Positions 25,434 to 32,000 of a stretch of 32,000 nucleotides of DNA are shown in pieces. Origin of the DNA: Acaryochloris marina MBIC11017 (lineage in GTDB: Bacteria > Cyanobacteriota > Cyanobacteriia > Thermosynechococcales > Thermosynechococcaceae). The stretch is from positions 2,280,001-2,312,000 of the forward strand of contig NC_009925.1 of the NCBI RefSeq assembly GCF_000018105.1, given 5' to 3'. Numbering within the stretch: position 1 is the stretch's first letter; each line of letters opens with the position of its first letter. The translations under genes and the position numbers were made by a program. The notes beneath the pieces were generated by a model. The model saw only the letters and a program-made list of their open reading frames with translations. It was not told the origin of the DNA and made no database searches.

Positions 25434-26207
25434 TCAAGGCTGTCGATGAACTAGGGTTGCCCCCGATTGAGCTGTAGGCAAAACCAATAGCTCACTGATA
25501 TTGACATGGGGAGGGCGAGTGGCGCAAAAGACGACCACGTCAGCAATATCTTCTGGCGTTAGGGGAACCGTATCAGCATAAACAGCCTTAGCGCGCTCGG
25601 TATCGCCATGAAAACGGACATCACTAAACTCCGTTTCTACCAGACCTGGATCCACGGCACTGACGCGAACAGGTGTCCCCAATAAATCCTGCTTTAACCC
25701 TTCGGAAATCGCTCTTACTGCCGCCTTAGACCCACAATAGACATTCCCCTTCGGATAGGTCTGATGTCCAGCAATGGAGCCAATATTAATCACATGACCC
25801 TGCTGGCGCTGCACCATCCCTGGAACAATGGTCCGCGTTACATATAGCAAGCCTTTAATATTGGTATCAATCATTTCTTCCCAATCTTGAATGCTGCCTT
25901 CGTAAAGCTTGTCGAGACCTCGACTCAGGCCCGCATTATTCACCAAGATATCAATGGCTGACCACTCTGGAGGTAATGCTTGGAGTTGGGATTCTACTTG
26001 GGTGCGATCGCGAACATCCAGTTGGAAGGTATGGGTGTGAACGCCAAATTCAGCTTCTAGCTGAGTCGCCAAGGTTTGCAAGCGCGACAGCCGTCGAGCG
26101 GCAAGCAACAACTTCACACCCAAGGGCGCAAAGGCTTGCGCACAGGCTGCTCCGATACCGCTACTAGCCCCTGTAATCAACACAACTTGATTCTGAATCG
26201 ATACCAT
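25434..26207 (-). CDS. short-chain dehydrogenase/reductase (SDR), YdfG-like
   Basis: Contains the TGASSGIG cofactor motif, NNAG, and the S...YCGSK catalytic triad region. I place the start at the ATG at 26207 (MVSIQNQVVLITGASSGIG) with GGAAGG upstream. The tracked start at 26237 adds 10 residues. Confidence 0.9.
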   Translation of the reverse strand: MVSIQNQVVLITGASSGIGAACAQAFAPLGVKLLLAARRLSRLQTLATQLEAEFGVHTHTFQLDVRDRTQVESQLQALPPEWSAIDILVNNAGLSRGLDKLYEGSIQDWEEMIDTNIKGLLYVTRTIVPGMVQRQQGHVINIGSIAGHQTYPKGNVYCGSKAAVRAISEGLKQDLLGTPVRVSAVDPGLVETEFSDVRFHGDTERAKAVYADTVPLTPEDIADVVVFCATRPPHVNISELLVLPTAQSGATLVHRQP

Positions 26208-26357
26208 TACAGCCTTCCATGTTTGGCTAAGGGGCAAACTCTCGTATCGACTGATACGAGAGTAGGAGAGAGGTAAGGCTGAGATCTTAAGGTGTGGTTA
26301 TACCTAAAAAAAAGAATTAATACACCTATAAAACGCTAGCCTTTACAGTCTCTCGAC

Positions 26358-26870
26358 CTATTTTTGGCCAGCTTTAATGCACTCAGCCACTAAAGGATTG
26401 ACCTTATCCACATCTTGCCACCCTAAAATTTCTGTAACTTTTTTCTCGAGGTTTTTATAGGTGCGGAAAAACTCAGCGATTTCATCTAAACGGTGAGAGG
26501 CCACATCAGCCAAAGATTTGACATCGGCATAGCGAGGATCTTCCTCAGGTACGCAGAGAATTTTCTCATCGCGATCGCCACCATCAATCATTTCCAACAT
26601 GCCAATGGGACGGGCGGTAATCACACAACCAGGGAAGGTCGGCTGATCCATGATCACCATGCCATCTAGGGGATCGCCATCATCTGCCAAGGTATTGGGA
26701 ATAAACCCATAGTCATAGGGATATTGCACAGAAGCAAATAGCACCCGATCCAAAGCAAAGGCATTCATGTCCTTATCAAATTCGTATTTGTTTTTGCTGC
26801 CTGCAGGAATTTCAATCAAGACATTGATCAAGCCCGGTTTAGGCTGAGCGGGTATTAAAGATAAATCCAC
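26358..26870 (-). CDS. ppa: inorganic pyrophosphatase (family I)
   Basis: Contains [40 protein letters not shown], and [12 protein letters not shown], closely resembling cyanobacterial Ppa. I place the start at the GTG at 26870 (VDLSLIPAQ, 170 aa) with GGAGA upstream. The tracked 215-aa ORF carries a non-homologous N-terminal extension. Confidence 0.94.
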   Translation of the reverse strand: MDLSLIPAQPKPGLINVLIEIPAGSKNKYEFDKDMNAFALDRVLFASVQYPYDYGFIPNTLADDGDPLDGMVIMDQPTFPGCVITARPIGMLEMIDGGDRDEKILCVPEEDPRYADVKSLADVASHRLDEIAEFFRTYKNLEKKVTEILGWQDVDKVNPLVAECIKAGQK

Positions 26871-27261
26871 AATTGTTCTCCAGATGTAAGGGTGGGATGG
26901 CCTACAAGACCTTTGTTTCCGGCGCAGATTTCCTAAAATATTTCGCGTAATAGACAATGACAGCGCCGTATGTTGAAAACAACAGTGATTGAGACCCCGA
27001 AACACACTCTAGGAAATTGCGAGTTATGCCGTCAATATCCTCTTGGAAAACGGATGCGTTTGGAAGCGATATGGAGCGCATACTCCCCCAACTGTTTAAG
27101 CAGCATCCCTGTTTTGACATAATTCAGAAGCCTAGGTAACTCGCCACATTCGTCTCAGAGTTGTCCATGTGGCCCCCATGTCTTGAGACGGACCCAGTTA
27201 TTGACAGCAAACCGTTCGGGAAGTAGCTTGTATCGGTAAGCCACCTATGAAAAGCCAGATA

Positions 27262-27453
27262 TCACAAAGGGGCAGACGAGGGCGTATTCTCAGACGGTAA
27301 GATTTCTAGATCGGGTCGCTGCTGCTCAAAACCTTGCAAACTGAGGTTGACAGCAACAGATAACGCTAACCCAAATCCAAGGGTCAGCAAAATACATGCG
27401 GCGGTGACCCACAATAATTGTTTTTTGAGAGAAGGTTGCATTGGATGGCTCAT
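27262..27453 (-). CDS. hypothetical small membrane protein (63 aa, one TM)
   Basis: ATG-initiated ORF divergent from aroA. It has one hydrophobic helix (LLWVTAACILLTLGFGLALSVAV). No family recognised. Confidence 0.3.
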   Translation of the reverse strand: MSHPMQPSLKKQLLWVTAACILLTLGFGLALSVAVNLSLQGFEQQRPDLEILPSENTPSSAPL

Positions 27454-27553
27454 CGTCTACTGAACATTGTAAAAGCGATCCAGACCAGACTGCAGCCAAT
27501 TCCTCTAAACACGATAGGATGGCGATTGGCTGTTCTTCGGGATTGTAAAGTCT

Positions 27554-28894
27554 ATGCCTACTGATGTGTTGACCGTCTGCCCTGCCCCTACAGGAACAAC
27601 CTGGGTGATCCAGTCTGAAGGTTATCTTCAGGGTAAAACGACAATCCCCGGTGATAAGTCCATTTCCCATCGCGCCTTGATGTTGGGCGCTTTGGCCTCC
27701 GGTGAAACCACGATTCAAGGGCTACTGCTGGGGGAAGATCCTCGTAGCACAGCCCATTGCTTTCGGGCCTTGGGTGCTGAGATTTCTGAATTGAACACAG
27801 AACATGTGCGGGTGCAGGGGATTGGTTTAGGCCATTTACTAGAGCCCGACGTGGTATTAGATGCCGGGAATTCAGGCACCACTCTACGGCTGATGTTAGG
27901 GATTCTCGCCTCCCACCCGGATCGATTATTTACAGTGACGGGGGATACTTCCCTTTGCAGTCGCCCCATGGGCCGCGTTATCAAACCCCTTCAGCAAATG
28001 GGCGCTCATATTTGGGGTCGCCAAAGCGATACCCTAGCTCCTTTAGCGATTCGAGGCCAGCAGTTACAGCCCATCCACTACCCTTCACCCATCGCATCGG
28101 CTCAGGTCAAGTCTTGCATTATGTTTGCTGGCTTAATGGCCGAGGGCCAAACCACCATTACCGAACCGGCCTTATCTCGTGATCACTCGGAGCGAATGTT
28201 TGCTGCTTTTGGTGCCAATATCATCGTTGATCCGGACACCTGTAGCGTCACGGTGACCGGGCCAGCGCAGCTACACGGGCAAGCCATCATCGTACCGGGT
28301 GATATCAGCTCAGCCGCTTTTTGGCTAGTAGCAGCGGCTATTGTTCCGGGTTCAGATATCTGGATTGAAAATGTCGGGGTTAACCCCACTCGCACCGGCG
28401 TTCTAGAGGTGCTAGAGCAGATGGGAGCCAAGATGACCCTGGCCAACCAACGAACCGTAGCGGGGGAGCCTGTGGCCGATATCCATATCCAGCATAGTCA
28501 GCTTCACGGCACTGTCATTGAGGGAGCTGTGATTCCGCGGTTAGTAGATGAAGTTCCGATTCTGGCCGTTGCAGCCTTGTTTGCCCAAGGACCTACCACC
28601 ATCCGAGATGCAGCAGAATTACGGGTCAAGGAAAGCGATCGCTTGACGGCCATGGCCACTCAACTCCAAAAAATGGGAGCAAATATCACCGAGCAACCCG
28701 ATGGATTAGAGATCCAAGGGGGTGCCAGTTTACAGGGAGCAGACGTGGATAGTTTTGGGGATCACCGCGTGGGGATGAGTCTTGCGATCGCAGCCCTAAA
28801 CGCTACTGGATCTACCACCATTCACCGGGCAGAAGCCGCTGCCATTTCATATCCCAATTTTGTAGCGACCTTACAACAGCTTTGGCACTCCTAA
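27554..28894 (+). CDS. aroA: 3-phosphoshikimate 1-carboxyvinyltransferase (EPSP synthase)
   Basis: 446 aa. Contains [44 protein letters not shown], and DHRVGMS, the hallmark AroA motifs. Confidence 0.96.
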   Translation: MPTDVLTVCPAPTGTTWVIQSEGYLQGKTTIPGDKSISHRALMLGALASGETTIQGLLLGEDPRSTAHCFRALGAEISELNTEHVRVQGIGLGHLLEPDVVLDAGNSGTTLRLMLGILASHPDRLFTVTGDTSLCSRPMGRVIKPLQQMGAHIWGRQSDTLAPLAIRGQQLQPIHYPSPIASAQVKSCIMFAGLMAEGQTTITEPALSRDHSERMFAAFGANIIVDPDTCSVTVTGPAQLHGQAIIVPGDISSAAFWLVAAAIVPGSDIWIENVGVNPTRTGVLEVLEQMGAKMTLANQRTVAGEPVADIHIQHSQLHGTVIEGAVIPRLVDEVPILAVAALFAQGPTTIRDAAELRVKESDRLTAMATQLQKMGANITEQPDGLEIQGGASLQGADVDSFGDHRVGMSLAIAALNATGSTTIHRAEAAAISYPNFVATLQQLWHS

Positions 28895-28940
28895 TCCCGT
28901 CTTTCCCAATCAGAGAGAGAATCGGTAAGGGGGCCAATCG

Positions 28941-30203
28941 TTAAGACAGGTCTGCCAGCAGTGAATCCAGTTCAGACAAGCTGGTTTGCTTACCCACCTC
29001 ATCCACTTGGGGAACCGTCTGCTCCCGCAGTTCACCGACTCGGTTCTGAACCTGCTCATCCACCATATTCGGGAGGTTGGCCATTTCTGTTGAGAACTGA
29101 CTGGAAACCGTCTCTAGGCGATTACTTAAGTCTTGTAGATGGTGTTGTAAGCTTTGGAGCTGTTCTTCCTGGGCTTGGGTGACGTTGGCATCAAGGGTGG
29201 GCAGGGCCGTGATTCGGCTTTCAAGTTGGCCAATTTGGCCTTGTAAAGGGGTAATTGCCGCCTGTATTTGTTGGTGTAAGTCATCTGGGTTGACTCCAGA
29301 CGGTGTGTTCGCCGCTTCTTCCCGGACTACAGACAATTGATGCTGGACTTCATTCACCTGATGTTGAGTATTTTCCATGGCCCCCCGGGCAATTTCCATC
29401 TCTTCTGAGATGTTCGTCAGCATGGCGTCCATCTTGACTTTGACGTCTTCAATCTGGCCAAAAACAGGGGCTAATTGCTCTTCTGAGACCGTTGTCGGGG
29501 CAGACTCCTGAGTCCGTTCTGACAAATCCACCACTTGCTGTTGAACGGGGGCTAACATGGCCTGTAGTTCGGCACGTAAAGGCTCTAGGTCAGCCGCACC
29601 TCCCTGTTGGGAGAGTTGGGAGACCGCATCTTGCAGCGCCGAGAGTTCCTGCTGATAGCTATCCGCCACATTGGCCGATTCAGCATCGCTGGGAATCTGA
29701 CCTTGCAAGGCTTCAATGGAATGGGTCAGATCAATTTGATGCTCGCGCAGTTGGTTGAGTTCAGCTTCAATGGCGCTAATCGCTTCAATCGGTTGGCCCC
29801 CTGATGTTTCCATCATTTGCTGTTCTAAGGTCGCCACGCTGGCAGATAAGGAGGTAATCGAGACCTTCACATCGTTGTAATCGGATCTTTCCTGGAATGC
29901 GGGTAAGTCTTCAACTTGCGATCGCACCCGTTGAATTTCAGCTCGCAAGTCCCGTTTGACTAAGGCCATATCTGCATCAGTGTGCTGGCGGGTCAGCTGA
30001 TCAAGTTTCCGGCGATTGAACAAATTAAGACAGACGGCCAGAGTCAGAGGGGTTGCTGAATAAATAGCATCTTTCAAAATAAAGGTCAGCACCGTTCCGC
30101 CAATGGAGCATCCTGCCACTACATATTCAATAGCCTGGAGCATGACATTTTGTTTAATGGACTTCTCCAGGGTGTTATCTGAAATGCTATTCAACTCTTG
30201 CAT
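28941..30203 (-). CDS. membrane-anchored coiled-coil-rich protein (420 aa), function unknown
   Basis: I place the start at the ATG at 30203, preceded by a strong AGGAGG. Two N-terminal hydrophobic helices (IEYVVAGCSIGGTVLTFIL and ATPLTLAVCLNLF) are followed by about 330 aa of Gln/Glu/Leu-rich heptad-like sequence with no recognisable enzymatic motif. Confidence 0.7.
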   Translation of the reverse strand: MQELNSISDNTLEKSIKQNVMLQAIEYVVAGCSIGGTVLTFILKDAIYSATPLTLAVCLNLFNRRKLDQLTRQHTDADMALVKRDLRAEIQRVRSQVEDLPAFQERSDYNDVKVSITSLSASVATLEQQMMETSGGQPIEAISAIEAELNQLREHQIDLTHSIEALQGQIPSDAESANVADSYQQELSALQDAVSQLSQQGGAADLEPLRAELQAMLAPVQQQVVDLSERTQESAPTTVSEEQLAPVFGQIEDVKVKMDAMLTNISEEMEIARGAMENTQHQVNEVQHQLSVVREEAANTPSGVNPDDLHQQIQAAITPLQGQIGQLESRITALPTLDANVTQAQEEQLQSLQHHLQDLSNRLETVSSQFSTEMANLPNMVDEQVQNRVGELREQTVPQVDEVGKQTSLSELDSLLADLS

Positions 30204-30632
30204 ACAACCTCCTATCTCAGGATGCTCAACATACCGTTCCCTACACTTCACCGCTTAGCATCAATATTGATCATCCTGAACGGAGATGCAATATTAATAG
30301 GCTGGGTAGAAAATTGTTTTTTTATTGTAGTTGAGGTAAAACCCTTCTTCCGAGAAAAACTCCCTACCCTCCAACCAGAATTCTCTCTATCCATCGCGGA
30401 CTGAAGCCCCCATCCCTGCATGAAATTGTGCTGATGCCAAGTAGATGGATACCAATTCTCATCAGGATTTGACGTCTAAACCATCCACGACGCTCCCATA
30501 CCCCAAATCAGTCTCCTGGAGGTCCATTTGTGAAACTGGACAATCTATCCGCTCCAGACTCACTTTCACAAAAATTCAATATTTACGCACAATACAACTA
30601 CTGCTCCTTGATACTTGTGGTGAGAAAAATCC

Positions 30633-31913
30633 ATGTTGCAACTGTTTAGTACCGGTCTAATCCCATTGTGGTTAAACACAGTCGGGGTTTTGGCGAATCA
30701 AACAGTGCCTCCTTTAACTCCATTCAATCTACTCCATATCAATACCCCTGACGTGAAAGTTGCAGAGATTTGGCAGGATTCATTAAATCAGTTCTCATCC
30801 CAAGGATTTACTCCTACTGCCCAGGGATTTTGGTTACAAACCCAAGATCAGCTCTTGGTTAACCATAATGCTCAGCAGCCTCTTCCTGCTGCTTCTTTAA
30901 CCAAAGTGGCGACCACCTTAGCCGCTTTAAAGACTTGGGGGCCTCACCATACGTTCCTGACCGAAGTTAGATCCACAGGGCCTGTTGTGGATGGCGTGTT
31001 GCAGGGAGATTTAGTGATTGTAGGGGGTGGAGATCCTCTATTTGTAGGTCCTGAAGCCACTAGCCTGGGATATAGCCTCAATCAACTGGGAATTCAAACT
31101 GTCTCCGGCAACTTAATTATTTCCGGCAACTTCTGGATGGATTTTCTCACTAAACCTAAACAAGCGGGAGAGCGTTTGCGCCAAGGGTTAAATGGGAAAA
31201 TCTATCAGACGACGGAAGAGAGTCGTTATACGTCACCTACAACGACTCAACCAGCCACCCAGTTAGCCATTTCTGGATCAGTACAATGGCGACCTTATCC
31301 CCCGCAATCCCAACTGCTCTTGCGGCATCAGTCTCTCCCCATCTTTGCCTTGCTCAAACAGATGAACGTCAATAGCAATAATGCCTTAGCCGAATCCCTG
31401 GCCTCAGGTATCGGTAATGGCCCCACTCTAGTGGCTCAGGTCACAGCAGCCACTGGTGTATCTACGAAGGAGATTCGCTTACAGAACGGTTCAGGGTTAG
31501 GGCAGGATAATCGTCTTTCTCCCCGCGCTGTGGTAGCGTTACTCCTCGGTATTCAACAGGAGCTAAAGCTCCATCAGCTCACCCTTGCCGATGTCTTTCC
31601 AGTGGCTAAACGGGACCTGGGCACCATTGAAGATCGTCAGCTTCCCACTGCAGCAATTGTGAAAACTGGAACCCTATGGAATGTCAGTGCCCTCGCTGGG
31701 GTTATTCCGACTCAGAAATTAGGACCAGTATGGTTTACGATTATCAACCGCGGCGAGAATATTGACGGTTTTAGGAGAGACCAAGACCGTATCCTCCAAC
31801 AGCTCACCCAACGCTTAGGGGCAGATGCCAAAAGCATCAATGACCTGCGCCCCAGCCGTCCCATGCCTACCTTAGGTGATCCCAAACGAAACCAAGTCGC
31901 TGGCCGTCGCTAG
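30633..31913 (+). CDS. dacB: D-alanyl-D-alanine carboxypeptidase/endopeptidase (PBP4, peptidase S13)
   Basis: Hydrophobic N-terminus. Contains the SxxK motif (ASLTKV), the SxN motif (NSNN) and the KTG motif (VKTGTL) in the order and spacing of PBP4/DacB. Confidence 0.85.
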   Translation: MLQLFSTGLIPLWLNTVGVLANQTVPPLTPFNLLHINTPDVKVAEIWQDSLNQFSSQGFTPTAQGFWLQTQDQLLVNHNAQQPLPAASLTKVATTLAALKTWGPHHTFLTEVRSTGPVVDGVLQGDLVIVGGGDPLFVGPEATSLGYSLNQLGIQTVSGNLIISGNFWMDFLTKPKQAGERLRQGLNGKIYQTTEESRYTSPTTTQPATQLAISGSVQWRPYPPQSQLLLRHQSLPIFALLKQMNVNSNNALAESLASGIGNGPTLVAQVTAATGVSTKEIRLQNGSGLGQDNRLSPRAVVALLLGIQQELKLHQLTLADVFPVAKRDLGTIEDRQLPTAAIVKTGTLWNVSALAGVIPTQKLGPVWFTIINRGENIDGFRRDQDRILQQLTQRLGADAKSINDLRPSRPMPTLGDPKRNQVAGRR

Positions 31914-32000
31914 CACATCAACGCTAGGGAACGATTTCCACTACTGCTTCTCCCCCTTCAACTTCTAGAGTTTTCTGGAGTAGATTACCCATAGCCCTCG

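Noticed and set aside
30260-30271. A perfect 12-bp palindrome ATCAATATTGAT about 57 nt upstream of the coiled-coil gene. There is also TTGATA-N7-TATCAA at about 23244-23262.
   Set aside because: Several perfect 12-bp palindromes are expected by chance in 32 kb, especially in AT-rich DNA. No second copy or known operator consensus was recognised.
31924-32000. An open frame on the minus strand running off the right edge (…MGNLLQKTLEVEGGEAVVEIVP*), possibly the 3' end of a gene outside the window.
   Set aside because: Only about 25 codons are visible and no family is recognisable, so it cannot be supported from this window.
1-32000. CRISPR arrays, rRNA genes, complete tRNAs, group I/II introns, and retron or DGR reverse-transcriptase systems.
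   Set aside because: There are no regularly spaced direct repeats beyond the two short tandem duplications. No reverse-transcriptase or Cas-like ORFs are present, and no rRNA-like or full cloverleaf sequences were seen on either strand.

Overview
The window is a cyanobacterial chromosomal segment. Evidence for this is 14 copies of the HIP1 palindrome GCGATCGC, plus acsF, a GlpX-type dual FBP/SBPase, and glgC. Most of it is housekeeping genes. In order: glgC, glpX-type FBP/SBPase and a 144-aa hypothetical (all minus strand); dnaX (plus) converging on a cytoplasmic GH13 alpha-amylase; a Ser/Thr kinase; acsF; bioF; a minus-strand cluster of a double-NBD ABC ATPase, a VOC protein and a GNAT; a chorismate-lyase-like gene; two tandem, diverged murJ paralogs; a REC-GGDEF-EAL regulator; an SDR; ppa; aroA; a membrane-anchored coiled-coil protein; and a PBP4-type DD-peptidase. 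There are two accessory stretches. (1) The left edge (1-701) is AT-rich and ends in a 47-nt 3' fragment of tRNA-Pro(GGG) followed by a terminator. I read this as the distal att scar of an integrated element that lies mostly outside the window. (2) Region 3829-7900 holds an apparently intact 779-bp IS1-family element with an 8-bp target duplication and an A8 recoding tract, a small ORF split by that insertion, an isolated GrpB nucleotidyltransferase-fold gene, orphan small ORFs and long non-coding stretches. I found no CRISPR array, no complete tRNA or rRNA, and no recognisable defence system or biosynthetic cluster. The most unusual signals are the tRNA-fragment att scar, the +1 frame relationship across the IS1 A8 tract, and a 32-nt leader block (30/32 identical, containing a 5-codon mini-ORF) kept upstream of both murJ paralogs. 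All functional calls rest on motif and family recognition by eye; no database search was run.
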